64,000 nt of DNA from Octopus vulgaris (taxonomy: Eukaryota). The DNA lies in NCBI GenBank assembly GCA_951406725.2, contig OX597815.1, forward strand, positions 4,340,001 to 4,404,000. The letters are read 5' to 3'. Of the stretch, positions 12,366-26,339 are shown one piece after another. A program made the position numbers and the translations under genes. The first letter of the stretch is position 1, and each line of letters starts with the position of its first letter. Below the pieces are notes generated by a model. The model did not search any database. It saw nothing but the letters and a program-made list of their open reading frames with translations, and was not told the origin of the DNA.

Positions 12366-13448
12366 TTGATAAACAGTTATACATACAACTGTGTCTACTT
12401 AAGACAAATGTGTGTACATATACATAAATGTATGCACACATCTACATAAACATTCACATATATATATGCACACACTCAGGGTTTCCGGTTCAGTCTGTGT
12501 GGTACCTTGGACAAATGTGTTCTATTATAGCCCTGGGTCAACCAAGGCATTGTGAGTGAATTTGAAAGAAAGAAACTGAAAGAAGCCCTTTGTGTGTGTA
12601 TTTGTGTTTACATTGCATTCCTATTTGTAAATAAGTCTCCCTGTCATACAAGCAGAATCTTTGATTTCCAGTCTTCTGGGGAAGAGACACCTGGCCATGG
12701 GGAAATGGTACCCTGTTTGAAAACAGGCGAAGGTTGGCAACAGGGAGAGCATCTGGCTATACAATATCTGCATCGACAAATTCTGACCAATGCATGCAAG
12801 CATGGAAAAGTGGACATTGAAACAGTGACACGCACACACACACACACACACATGTAGATGTGTTCACACAGAAACGCCCACCAGGACACAAATATAATTA
12901 CATTTCGACCGCCATTATAGAAGTGACACTTTGTATAACAAAAATGTCAAAATAATAATAATAATAATAATAATTACAATATTAAGAAATCTATTAATTG
13001 CTGAAAGCCGGTGATTTAAGAGGATTAACTTTCTAAGAATCTGTAATCTAATAATTAGGTTTGAATAATCCATTTCGGTTTAATATCGTGCCAGTGTATC
13101 ACTTGCCACAGATTGTGTACAAGTTAACAATTATGGATTTTATCGTTTCTCCAGTTTACGAATGTCTTCCCCCGAAGATGTCTTCTATTTTCTCATGTTC
13201 TGATTCTTGTACTAAAGAGTTCACAGATTAAGGAATGTATTCAGAGGAATATAGAAGAAGGTGCTAGAAGAAATGATTGTTGGTGTTTCTTTTAAACTTT
13301 ACTTTTTAAGTTCAAATTCTTCCAGGGTTGACTTTGCCTTTCATCCTTTCAGGGTTGATAAAATAAGTACCAGGTACGCACTGGGGTCAATCTAATTGAC
13401 GTAGCCCCCTCCTCAAAATTGCTGGCCTTGTGTCAAAATTTGAAAGCA

Positions 13449-13508
<60 letters not shown>

Positions 13509-14924
13509 GGTAAGCACTACTCATCTCACCTGTATTTGTGCCACGTAAAAAGCACTAAGTCAACTCTGATGAGTGGTTGGTGTTAGGAAGGGCATCCAGC
13601 TGTAAAAATCCTGCCAAAACAGTCGCAGAAATCTGGTGCAGGCTTCTGCCTGGCTGGCTCTTGTCAAACCATCCCACCCATGCTAGCATGGAAGATGGAC
13701 ATTAAATGATAAGATGTGTGTATGTATATATACCTGTATTTATATATATATAGGTGTGTGTGTGTGTGTATATGGCAAACCTGGTAGTGGGATGATGGAA
13801 ATTCTACGGGGAAAAAAATCAAACAGCATTTCAACTCTGTGTGTGCGTGTACAAGGGAGGTATGTGAATGTTTGTGTGTGTGTGGAATGGCTTTTGATGA
13901 TAAGTTTGCTCAGTCAACCATGACCTGGTGTTAAATATCAGCAACAACTGCAATTAGTCAACACTTTAAAAACTGAAACCCCAGGAGGGTTCCAGTTGAT
14001 TCACTCAACAGAACAACTTGTTCATGAAAATAAAATGCATGTGGCTGAGTACTCCACAGAAACGCATACCCTTAACATAGTTCTCGGGGAGATTCAGTGT
14101 GATACACAATGTGACAAGGCTGGCCCTTCGAATTACAAGTACAACTCATTTTTGCCGGGAGTGTGGACTGGAGCAACGTGTAATAAAGTAAGTGTCTTGC
14201 TCAAGGACACAACACGTCACCGGGAATTGAACTCCTGACCTACACAACCATGCTGCATCAATTGTTGTAACTAACTTTCAGTAAACAGACATTGCATCGC
14301 AGAGCATCAAATATATCTGTAGAATGTTTCTTTTGTTTTTCTTTCTGGCATTCAATCATCTCCTCCAATCATCATCATCATCATCGTTTAACGTCCGCTT
14401 TCCATGCTGGCATGGATTGGACAGTTTGACTGTGGGCTGGCGAACCAGATGGCTGCACCAGGCTACAGTCTTGATCTAGCAATGTTTCTACAGCTGGATG
14501 CCCTTCCTAATGCCAACTACCCTGAGAATATAGTGGGTGCTTTTATGTGCCACTGGCATGGGGGCCAGTCAGGCGGTACTGGCAACGACATCGCTGGAAT
14601 TTTTTTTTTTTTTTACACATGCCAATGGCACAGGTGCCAGTAAGGCGATGCTGGTAACGGTCCCGCTCGAATGGTGCTTCTTACTTGCCACCGGCACAGA
14701 AGCCAGTTAGCCGCTCTGTCAACGATCACGCTCGTTGTCTAAGGACAACAATTGCAGACTTCATTGATCTGAAATCAGCTCTGAATGAAGTGTAGACCCA
14801 GGCAGAGAATATTTACATTCTCATCTCCTCCTCGCATCCTTGCTTTTTCTTTTTGCCCTTATTTATAATTACACATACTTACTTATATTTATAATTACAT
14901 ATACATACATATATATCAGTCCCC

Positions 14925-15110
14925 ATGATAGATCGTTAGCCACTACACACATTTTTTTCTCTCCTTGCTTTTTCTGTGTCCCTTTCTGTAGAAGAGCGTA
15001 GGCTTGAAACGTAAAAGACTTTTTCTATTCCTGAGCGTTATACTAATACATCTGTTTGTTTTCTACACCACCTGTCTTCGTCTTTTGTTTTTTTCGTAAA
15101 CTCTCCCTAT
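14925..15110 (+). mobile_element. Penelope-like pseudo-LTR fragment with hammerhead-like motif
   Basis: CTTT-CTGTAGA-A-GAGC-GTAG-GCTT-GAAACGTA-AAAG at 14982-15017; related copy at 48725-48860 (-). Confidence 0.55.
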
Positions 15111-15464
15111 ATATATATGTATATATATACGAGTGTGTGCTAATGTTATATACATTACAATAATTCTTCGGCTCAAGTATTTTCCTTGGAAATCTTTGCA
15201 ACAAATCTTCAATTCTTGGTTTGTATTTGTGTCAGAAATGAAGTCTCCGTAATAGCCATTTCCCTTTTTGTCTTTCGTGGACTGCAGTTTCTATGTTGAC
15301 AACTTGTTCTTTTCCATTTTCGTCTAATTCTAATGAGTAGTGATGGCTCCTTGGCATGAGTGTTTGGTCAGTTGAAGAGTATGGGTTCTACTTGTATGTT
15401 TGAAGGAAGATGAAATTAATAAATATTAAAATATGAAAATTTTAAATGAAAAGGACCAAAAGGT

Positions 15465-15890
15465 GTGGCTGCATGGTAAGACGTTTGCTTCCCAACCACA
15501 TGGTTCCGGGTTCAGTCTCACTGTGTGCCACCTTGGGCAAGTGTCTTCTATTGTCGCCTCAGGCGGACCAAAGCCTTGTGAGTGGATCTGGTAGATGGAA
15601 ACTGAAAGAAGCCCACCGTATTTGTGCATGTGTGTGTTTGGGAGTGTGTTTGAAAGTATTCCTTTGTGTCTGTGCTTGTTCCCCTACCAACATCACCACC
15701 ACTTCACAACTGGTGATGGTGTGTTTACATCCCTGTCACTTAACAGTTCAGCAAAAGAGATTGATAGAAGTACCAGGCTTAGAAGAAGAAAAAAAAAAAA
15801 GTACTGGGGGTTCTTTCACTCAATTAAAAATTCTTCAAGGCGGTGCCCCAGCATGGCCAGAGCATAACGTCTGCAGTGAGTAAAAGATAA
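15465..15890 (+). mobile_element. SINE family A (diverged)
   Basis: Head, CCTTGGGCAAGTGTC core and GGCGGTGCCCCAGCATGGCC tail present. Confidence 0.8.
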
Positions 15891-16329
15891 AAGAGAGGCC
15901 AACATATTTCTGTAAACGCACATTCATACACCCACACATGCCCCCACACACTCACACCCCCACCCACCTACACCCAATCGTCTTTACAGACGATATCTCC
16001 CAAGCTGGTGTCTTATTATTCGCTGGTATCGTAGGCAACTGTGTCTCTTTTAAAAACCGTATAACTTCAATAACTCGTCACATAAAGGCTTTCCTTCGGA
16101 AAACTCTTTGATTCCTCTCGATGGTTAGAAATGCATGGCTTTCTTCTCCACCGCCACTACCCTAAGCCTTCTCCCCCACACCCCCTCACACACACATACT
16201 CGAGTATGAACAATAAATGGTTGGTCCTTTTGTTATGAGACTTTTGCTCTCCTTTGTAGTGTCTCGGCTGAAAGCTACTTTTACTTAAATGATTTAACTG
16301 TGGGATCGATAAAAGCTACAACAGCAGTG

Positions 16330-16705
16330 AAGTTGCAATGGCCCAGTGGTTAGGGCAGTGGACTCGCGGTTGGAGGATCGCGGTTTCGATTCCCAGACAG
16401 GGCGTTATGTGTGTTTATTGAGCGAAAACACCTAAAACACCTAAAAGCTCCACAAGGCTCCGGCAAGGGGTGGTGGCGACCCCTGTTGTACTCTTTTGCC
16501 GCAACTTTCTTTCACTCTTTCTTGTCCCCGAATTCCTACGCAACTGCTGAGCCTGGATGCACATTCATCTATCCGTCGATGCTCTCGGCGTCGGGGGTTG
16601 ACCTGCTTTCTCTTCTGCAGGTCTTACGAATAGCAAAGGACCACGTTTCGGACTTCTTCCACTACAGACATGGGACGAAGACCACTTCGCTCAACAGCAA
16701 CAACA
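16330..16705 (+). mobile_element. SINE family D with alternative tail ending (CAA)n
   Basis: Same head and body as 27498-27812 up to ~16520, then an unrelated tail. Confidence 0.75.
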
Positions 16706-17019
16706 ATGATGATAGCCACTATAATTGATGGGTCGGTTTGTTGATTTCTCCAATTGTACTTTACATAATGTAGGGGGGGAAAGAGAGAGAGAGAGGGATA
16801 GTGTCAACATGAAAGGTGCAGGATGGGTGTACATACTAGGCTTGGTGGCAGGCAATGAATAGAGGTACACTTTACAGTGAGAGAAAAAGGATCACAGAAA
16901 CAGAAGAGGAGGAGCGAGAGTAAATGAAAGAGTAGTCCTGGGAGGAGTTATACAAATGAAAAATTTGTTTTGTTTAAATCTGAACAAATAGAACCAAAAG
17001 GAATTCCAGTCGACTACCC

Positions 17020-17020
<1 letters not shown>

Positions 17021-17077
<57 letters not shown>

Positions 17078-17202
17078 TATAATAATAATAATGATTATAA
17101 TAATTATAATAATAATAATTATAATAATAATTATAATAATGATGATGATAATGATGATGATTGATGATAATAATAATTATAATAATAATAATAATAATAA
17201 TA
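17021..17202. repeat. (TAA)n/(TGA)n microsatellite
   Basis: Direct reading. Confidence 0.95.
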
Positions 17203-19101
17203 GGGCCTCCCCCTCATTCATGATGAGCAGCAATGTTTCCAAATAGGCCTGCCCAGTCACAGATGTAGGACCGAGTACCTCGGTTGTCACCAGGTCCCAG
17301 GAAGGCGACCATCTTGCATCTGCCACCAGCATGCAGGTCCCAACTGGGAGCCTGTAGTTTCACCGAAGCCTGCTCCTGCCATCCTTACCCCATTTCTGTT
17401 AGGCTTTTGTAAAACAAAAAAAAGGGGGGGGGTGGATTTAAAAAAAACCCAGCCAATGGTGTGAGTTTGTTTACGGTGGAGATCTCTTTGCCAAGCCCCC
17501 CCCCCCCCTGGAGTCACATAGGGTCTGGAAGATGGGTAGCAATGGAATGCTGCTAGTTCCAATTTTATTAGAGCTGCACCTTTCTAACCAGTTCGTCTGA
17601 CATTGCCCTCTTCTGCAAGAATCAATCGTTGAGTTCAGAAATCTATCGTCCTCTGCTTGTTCCACCATTAGGGTCATAGTTTGGTGTGGTGAGGGATAAG
17701 GTCAGCGCTCCTGTACCCTGAGGTCTCTTCCGGGAGACAATGGGTAACCATGTACTCCCACTCCTGTCAGTCATGGTCAGGTCATCAGTGACTACACCAG
17801 CTCCCCTCTTGGTTCAGCATGCTGCATCTTGGAGGAAGGTGTGAGGACACCTATCATCATTATCGTTTAACGTCTGTTCTCCATGCTAGCATGGGTTGGA
17901 CGGTTCGACTGGGGTCTGGGAAGCCAGGAGGCTGTACCAGGCCAGTCTGATCTGGCAGTGTTCCTACAGCTGGATGCCCTTCCTAACGCCAACCACTCCA
18001 TGACTGTAGTGGGTGCTTTTTACGTGCCACCTGCACTGGTGCCAGGCGAGGCTGGCATCGGCCACGGTCGGATTGGTGCCACCTGCACGGAAGCCAGTCG
18101 AGGCGGCACTGGCTTCAGAACTAAAAAATAATAACAACAACAATAATAAATGGATCTCAATCAGAATTTCCATGTCTGTGTTCAATTGTTTAATCAATGA
18201 ACACCTGACTCATTCAAATTCCCCAGCTTAGGACTCTTTCCTAATTACAGTGCTATAAAAAGCATTAACACCTACATGAATATGGTTCCACAAATCAGAT
18301 TGGTTGGTGTTTTAGCAAATAAATGGTAGACTTAAAAGTAAATTTTATGAATTTCCCCACCAAATAGTTTTGTCAAAAGTTCTAGAAGTTTGACTAAATG
18401 TTATAAAAAGCTGGAATATTGAACACCCAAACAAAACAATCTCAGGTGCTACACAGAACTCTGTTGGTCAGTTTTGTGATGAGGTGTTTTCACTTTTTCT
18501 ATTTATTCTGATAATAACTATGAACAATTTTCATAAAAATTAGAATATTTTGTGCAATGAAGACTTTTAATTATCACATTCATTGTTGCCTGTATGATGT
18601 TTTATTTAAGTAATCTTTGCACATTTCCAAGAATATGGAAACATAAATATTAGTGTGGTCATTCTCACTTTCATACACTGGCACTGAGACTACCCCTCCC
18701 CTCAAAATAGTTAGAAGGAGTTTTATTATCAGTATTAAAGTACCAGTGACTTGTAGAAGCATCCTGAACACTTTGTATGCTAATTGGCATTTGGAAAGGC
18801 AATTAGCATATGTGTTGAACCATTTAGTCAATGCCAGCATGGAAAACGGACATTAAACGACAATGATGATATATTCTCTTCTACTCTAGGCACAAAGCCC
18901 AAAATTTTTGGTGGGGAGTGCAGTCCGTTAAACTGACCCCAGTACGCAACTGGTACTTAATTTATCGACCCTGAAAGGATGAAAGGCAAAGTTGACCTCG
19001 GCTAAATTTGAACTCGGAATGTAAAGACAGATGAAATATGACTAAGCATTTCGCCCAGCATGCTAACGTTTCTGCCACACACACACACATATATATACAT
19101 A

Positions 19102-19148
<47 letters not shown>

Positions 19149-19202
19149 CCTTAAAATCCTTAAAAATGTTTTAGCCCGAAGGCCGTGGCCATGCTGGGGC
19201 AC

Positions 19203-19238
<36 letters not shown>

Positions 19239-19691
19239 TTGTTTTACATTAATCTTCTGTGATAATGGCCTGACCTTATAAAAAGCCATTATTCTTTTTC
19301 TCTCTCTCCCCCACCTCACACCACTTTAATTGGCATCTCCTTTTTATATTTCTAACCATTTAACTTCAGCTCTGCCGTAATAAGAATGGGAGCCTGTTTG
19401 GCAAACTTACGGAGATAAGGAGAAGAATTACACGGCCTGCTAAGGGCACTGAACACAATAAATATCCAATATAATAATGTAAATTTAAAGATCCTTTCAA
19501 CCTGTGTTAAATGATTGAACAACAAACCTGAGATGAAAAAAAAAAAAAAACCCAAAAATGACAGAATTAATGGTTTAAAAAAAATAAAAAAAGAATTAAA
19601 AGAAAACTTATATCGTGTTTCATAATTTCACCAAAATATTCGCTCGCTGTGGCCACATTTCAAAGTAAATTTTTCAGTATCAAACCAACAA

Positions 19692-19726
<35 letters not shown>

Positions 19727-20264
19727 TGGGGAATATCTGAATTAAAAATAAAAAACAGAAATTACCTATTTCTTCTCCTCTTCTTTTCCTTTTCTTTTTC
19801 CTCTCCTCTTCTCTTTTTCTTTTTCCTCTCCTCTTTTTCCTTTTCCTTTCGGAGTTTTATTAATCTCTCTCTCTCTCTTTATCTCGTTTTCTTTTCTAGG
19901 GGTGGAGTGGGGGTGGGTGGGTGGGGGTGTACAAGGCTTAAAGCAGTTTTTTTTTGCTTGTTTGTTTTTTTCTTTTCTTCTTTGAATATTCCATCATTTG
20001 GCATCAATGGTTCTTCTCTTTCTTTTTTTATGTTTTTAAAAAAAAAAGAAAAAAAAGTTTTTTTTTCAAAAAGTCCATATTGAATAATAATTAATTCTTG
20101 ATTCCTTTCGCGCAAAATATCTTGTTGCTAAGTAACAAAACAATAAATCAATTGATTTTAAAGTTGCAGGGGAAGGGTGGTGGGTGGGGAGAGTTAGAAC
20201 TTTCTAGGCCAGCGCTGGAAGCAGCATATACGAAGAAACACCACTTGATTTCTTTTTTTGCTTT

Positions 20265-20302
<38 letters not shown>

Positions 20303-20742
20303 ATAATAATAATAATACTACAACTGCCAACACTACCACCACCACTTCTACCAGAACCACTATTACTACTACTAAAACCACTACTACTTATACTACTACC
20401 ACCACCACTACTTCTACCAGAACCACTATTACTATTACTAAAGCCACTACTACTACCACCACCACTTTTACCAGAACCACTATTACTACTACTACTACCA
20501 CCTCTACCAGAACCACTTACTAGTACTACTACAGCCACTACTACTAATACAACTACCACCACCACCACTACTACTACTACAACTGCCACCAGTACCACCA
20601 CCACCACCTTTACAAGAACCACTACTACTACTACTAAAGCTGCTACAACTACTACAACTGCCACCACCACCTCTACAAGAACCACTACTACTACTACTAC
20701 TACAGCCACTACTATTAATACAACCACCACCACCACCTCTAC
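20265..20742. repeat. Compound (ACT)n/(ACC)n low-complexity tract
   Basis: Direct reading; source of the poly-Thr/Leu/Val ORFs. Confidence 0.95.
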
Positions 20743-21504
20743 TCCTCGTTTTTCATCATCCCCTCTTTCTCTCTCTCTTCCTCCATTTCTTTTAAAGAAA
20801 GATCATATCTTGAAAAAAGATAAAAACAAAACAGAGAGAAAAAAAAAATGAAAAAACTCCATCCAACGCATGAATTTCTTGTTGCATCAAGATAAAGATG
20901 ATGTGGAATTGTCATAATGAAATCTTTTATTCACTGGAATAAATAGAATAAAATAGAATAAAATAAATAAGAACAAAGAGGAAGGAGGGTGGGGTAAGCA
21001 GACAAAAGTGAAAGTGAAACAAGAAATAGAAAAGTTGATAAACAACATAGAATGAAGCTACAGGAAGAAACTTAACATCCTTGTCAACATCATGTGCGTC
21101 ATCAATCATCATCAATCATCAGTCATCATGATCATCATCATTAATCATCAGTCATCATTAACTGTCTTCACCATCTCTCTTGTCACCATCATCATCATTG
21201 ATACTTTATTTTATCAGCTCCTGTGTGATTTGAACTCACAACTTAAAGAGATGGAACAAATGCCAAAATTCATTTGTCCACTCCATCAATTTTGCTAATC
21301 CACCAAACTTTTTTTAGTTGGATTTACGTCTGTTTTTTTCCATGCTGGCATGGGTTAGATAAACATGTTACGGAGGCATTGTTTCACGGCTGGATCCCCT
21401 TCCTGCTGCTAACCCTTACGTCTTATTCCATGCAACATTAAAAGTGTGATTTGTTGGCAAGGAACCGACATCAACAAGACTGCACATTGTAAACAAGTAT
21501 ACAC

Positions 21505-22121
21505 ACAACCTTCGAACATTAGGCCTCACCAAGGAAATGACTGGCAACCGAGAATTTTGGAAATATGCTGTGCTTGAGAAGACCCGGCAAGCCAAATGAG
21601 ACCATAAACTGTGGCCCATGCCAGGAGCGTAACCAGCCCGCTTATGCGTACCTTTTCCTTCTTTGGACACTAAACTCTGCTTGCGAAGACCTGTTGAGGC
21701 AAGTGAAATCAAATTCAATGACTAGCATCCATGCTAGCGGGGTGCAAAGAGCACCATATGAGTGTGATTGTTGCCAGAGCAGCCAACTGGCTTCCGTGCC
21801 GGTGGCACGTAAAAGGGCACCATTCGAGCGTGATCATTACCAGCGTCGCCTTACTGGCACTTGTGCTGGTGGCATGTGTAAAAAGGTTCGAGCGAGGTTG
21901 TTACCAGTACTGCCTGACTGGCCCCTGTGCTGGTGGCACGTAAAAAGCACCCACTACACTCTCGGAGTGGTTGGTGTTAGGAAGGGCATCCAGCTGTAGA
22001 AACTCTGCCAGATCAAGTTTGGAGCCTGGTGCAGCCATCTGGTTCACCAGCCCTCAGTCAAAATCGTCCAACCCATGCTAGCATGGAAAGCGGATGTTAA
22101 ACGATGATGATGATGATGATG
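21505..22121 (+). mobile_element. 5'-truncated RTE-clade LINE (RT C-terminus, 3' UTR, (GAT)n tail)
   Basis: Translates NLRTLGLTKEMTGNREFWKYAVLEKTRQAK*, resembling RTE C-termini, followed by the abundant UTR family. Confidence 0.75.
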
Positions 22122-23666
22122 ACACACACAGATGAACACTCATTCCTCATTGTTTTGACATCCACTTTTCCACACTAGCATCGGTTAGAGCTTACTGAGG
22201 CAGATTTTCAACACCTGGATGCTCTCCCTGTCACCAACCCTCATTTCAGTGTTTTCACAAAAGACTGGAAATGAACGACAGCTTGTATGAGAGCAACACA
22301 TCACACAGTGTCAAGGAGACAAGGAGATAGATACACACACTCATACAAACATATGATGGGCTTCTTTCAGTTTCTGTCTTTGAAATCCACTCCCAAGGCT
22401 TTGGTCAGCCTGGGAATGTAATAAAAAGCATCAGCCACATGGCTGCACATTCAGTCTCACTGTGTGACCCCTTAAGTGTCTCCTACTTCAGCTCTGGAAT
22501 GACCAAAGCCTTGTGAGTGGTGGTAGACAAGAACTGAAAGAAGCCCATCGTGTGTGTGTGTGTGTGTGTGTGTGTGTTGTTATCTCCTTGCCCTGATTTC
22601 AGGTGATGATTGTATGTGAATGTCAGCCACATGCAAGCAGTGTCATTCATTTCCAATCTTCCATGAAAACATGTCCGGCCACGGGGGAAATATAATCTTG
22701 CTTGGAAACAAGTAAGCGTTGGTGAGAGGAAGGACCAAAATAGACAATTTGAGCCTGGTGCATCTCTCTGGCCTTATCGGCTCCTGTCAAACTGTCCAAC
22801 CCACACCAGCATGGAAATAGGGGCCTTCATTGATAAAGATACATTTTAACTGCAAGTTGTCTCAGAACGCATAAGACATGTCCCAAAAGAATTATTCTCT
22901 CCATTCAACTTCTGTCTCTCTTACAGTCCCTAGTACTGCATATGTGTATGTATATATATGTGTGTGTTTATATGCATGCCTTTGTGTGTGTCTGTGTGTA
23001 TAAATATTGGGAAATGTTTTATTTTTAAAGATGAAGTTAACAGACAGAAATTCATAATTGTATTAACAATAATTTATCTGAGCTATTTCTATATTTAATT
23101 AACACCATTAATAATTATAATTACATAACAGTAATAGCTATCGTAATTAATTAAAATGATCAAATAATGATTGGTTAGTAATGTGTCTTAGAACAAACAA
23201 ACAAAAATAGTGGTTTCTAATTCAGACACAAGGCCAGCAATTTTGAAGGGAGGGAGAGTTAGTCAATATTGTTGACCCCAATACATCACTGGTACTTTAT
23301 CTTATTGACTTCTGAAAGGATAAAAGGCAAGGTTAACCCTGGTATGATTTGATCTCAGAACATAAAAGGCCAGGAGGAGCACCACAAAATATTTTCTCTG
23401 ATCCTCTACTGCCTCCACCAGCATGCTCCCTTAAAAAACTGTTTAATATTTGCATCTGTACTATATTAACAGGTATGGCTGTGTGGTAAGAAGTTTGTTT
23501 CTCAACCAGGTGATTCGCAGTTCAGTCCCACTGTGTGGCACCTTGGGCAAGTGTTTTCTACTATAGCCTTGGGTTGACCAAAGACTTGTGAATGAATTTG
23601 GTTGGTGGAAACTTGAGAAGACCTGCTGAGTTGAGTGAAATCATTGTCACGGCTGATACCAGTACC

Positions 23667-23898
23667 TATTTCTTTATTACCCACAAGGGGCTAAACACAG
23701 AGGGGACAAACAAGGACAGACATAGGTATTAAGTCGATTACATCGACCCCAGTGCGTAACTGGTACTTAATTTATCGACCCTGAAAGGATGAAAGGCAAA
23801 GTCGACCTCGGCGGAATTTGAACTCAGAACGTAACGGCAGACGAAATACCGCTAAGCATTTCGCCCGGCGCGCTAACGTTTCTGCCAGCTCACCGCCT
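23667..23898 (-). mobile_element. SINE family B, full length
   Basis: Minus strand GGCGGTGAGCTGGCAGAAACGTTAGC...GAGTTCAAATTCC...GTCGACTTTGCCTTTCATCC...AATAAAGAAATA; inserted in an RTE UTR. Confidence 0.85.
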
Positions 23899-24408
23899 CG
23901 CTTGACTGGCTCCTGTGCCAGTGGCACATAAAAAGCACCCACTACACTCTTGGAGTGGTTGGCGTTAGGAAGGGCATCCAACTGTAGAAACCTTGCCAGA
24001 TCAAATTGGAGACTGGTGCGGCCTCCTGGCTTGCTAGTCCTGAGTCAAACTGTCCAACCCATGCCAGCATGGACAATGGATGTTAAATGATGATGATGAT
24101 GAAACTGAAAGAAGTCTGTTGTATATGTTAGTGTGTCCGTGTTTGTTCCCCCAACATTGCTTGACAACCGATGTTGGTGTGTTTACACCCCCTCCTGCTC
24201 TTCCCTCTTCTCCTCTTCCCCCTCTTGTTCTTCCTCCTCCCCTTCTTCCTGCCTCCAAAAAAAATGATGTAAGGCAAGATTGACCTCAACAGAATTTGAA
24301 CTCAGAATGTAAAATGCTGAAAGAACTGCTTCCTTCCTTACTACTACTACTACTACTATTACTACTACTACTACTACTACTACTACAACTGATGATGATG
24401 ATATTGCA

Positions 24409-24645
24409 AATATTAGGACCTAGCGAGAGAGACGAAGAGATTGTGGAACACAGATATGAGAATTGCTCTCATGGTAATTTGGTCCACTTGGCACAACACA
24501 CCGAAACTGCTATTGAAGAATTTGAATTGGACTTGGAATTGGGATCTGCGTTGTTGACCTGCAGTGCCATTCAAGATTCTGCACGAATTCCAAGAAAGAT
24601 TCTTCAGTTTTGAGGAGACTTGTTGTCATTGAATCTCAAGACATC
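24409..24645 (+). mobile_element. R4/Dong-like non-LTR retrotransposon 3' end (REL endonuclease remnant)
   Basis: KY*DLARETKRLWNTDMRIALMVI, frameshift, GPLGTT...SARIPRKIL; typical R4-clade C-terminus, adjacent to trinucleotide repeats. Confidence 0.7.
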
Positions 24646-24944
24646 GTTCCTGCTAAATAGCAGAACATACAACAGCTTTAATATTAATTATGATCAGTTT
24701 CCATTTGCCCTAATGGGAATAATTAAGAAAACAAGAATTTTAATTACAAATAAACAAAAGTGATTTTGATTACAAGTAAATTATGAAGGTTTTAATGATT
24801 CCGAAATCAATTTAGAAGTTGTAAGTTAAATTGACCCCGTGTGCTTGACTTCCACTTAATTTTTAACGACGCTGAAATTATGAAAGACAAAGCTCTCTTG
24901 AACGGACTTAATCTCAAAACTTTTAAAATATTACTAATATTTAT

Positions 24945-25170
24945 ATCTTTACTACCCACAAGGGGCTAAACATAGAGGGGACAAACAAGGACAGACAAAC
25001 GGATGAAGTCGATTATATCGACCCCAGTGCGTAACTGGTACTTTATTTATCGACCCCGAAATGATGAAAGGTAAAGTCGACCTCAGCGGAATTTGAACTC
25101 AGAACGTAACGGCAGACGAAATACAGCTACGCATTTCGCCCGGCGTGCTAACGTTTCTGCCAGCTCGCCG
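24945..25170 (-). mobile_element. SINE family B
   Basis: Near-identical to 23667-23898. Confidence 0.85.
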
Positions 25171-25189
25171 CTGGCTAATATTCTGCCCT

Positions 25190-25760
25190 GATGCGTTGCC
25201 AGGCAGTGGCTGTTACAAATTCTGATCTTAACTGATTGGAAGGGTTATCATGTACATTGTTTTGTCTTGGTATAAAAGATGGGCTACAGCAAATATTCTG
25301 CTCAATACCACAGATTTGCTTGTCAGTTGTTTGAACATAACTAGTTGAGCATGTTCCTTAGTGGCTGACGATATGTGCATCTCTGATCACGAGCAGAAGT
25401 AGTGGGGGAGCATCATAGCCATGTGTTGAGAGGGATTCTTTGGGGTTTGAATAATTCACTTCTGGAAACATGGGTGGTTCGTTCAACATCCTTAAACAAC
25501 CCTTATTCAGGGACCTTTTGAGCGGGATGGGTTACTCAACCTGAAGAAAATTCTAACTGGACCCCACCTGCAAGGTCATGTGCTGTTTATCTTGATATGA
25601 GATCACCATGTCGCGCACATATGGTTGTGATGCATGTGCCTGGTGTACCCTTATCAGACGGGTAGTCATGATGGGTATATTGGGCTTCGTATATTTTATC
25701 CCAGTGTCACTTTGATGGCATGTACTGCTCTCTCACTCAATAATAATAATAATAATAATA
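25190..25760 (+). mobile_element. Retroelement 3' region ending in (TAA)n
   Basis: ...CTCTCTCACTCAATAATAAT; truncated homolog at ~27893-28020 ends the same way. Confidence 0.55.
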
Positions 25761-26339
25761 ACAACAATGATATAAACAGCATTAGTAGCAGTGTTGTAAT
25801 GAGAAATGCTAATCATACCATTCTATTAAACTCTAATCTGTCAGTTTTGCTCCTTTTCTCAGCTGAGAGTTCTTTGCCTTGTGAGGTTGTGGTTGCTGGT
25901 GACACATAGAAAAAAACCCACCCAGTGCACTCTGGAAAGTGGTTGGCATTAGGAAGGGCATCCCGCTGTAGAAACCAAACCATAACAGACAATCAGAGCC
26001 TGGTACAGCAGCCCAGCCTTGCCAGCCCCTGTCAAACCATCCAGTCCATGCCGGCATGGAAAACGGATGCAAATGATGATAACGATGATGATTCTATATA
26101 TCTGGCACAAATATATTAATTATTTTAATGGTGGTGGTGATGGAAGCAAGAGAGGTGATGATGATGACGATGCTAATTACATAAGACTCTTATCTCTTAT
26201 TTTCAATATTCAAATAGAAAGAAATTAAAATTAAATTTCAAAGGTTTTTTTTTTTAATGAGAGGAGGAGGTGGTGGGGCAGGGGTAATGTGTGCTGGTGA
26301 TGATCTCATTAAACATCTGTGTGTGTGAGATAGTAGGTT

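Noticed and set aside
18580-18856. Overlapping ORFs as a possible transposase remnant
   Set aside because: No recognisable motif.
20098-20851. Mucin-like or poly-Thr/Leu/Val ORFs of 141-197 aa
   Set aside because: Trinucleotide low-complexity DNA open in several frames, with no splice support.
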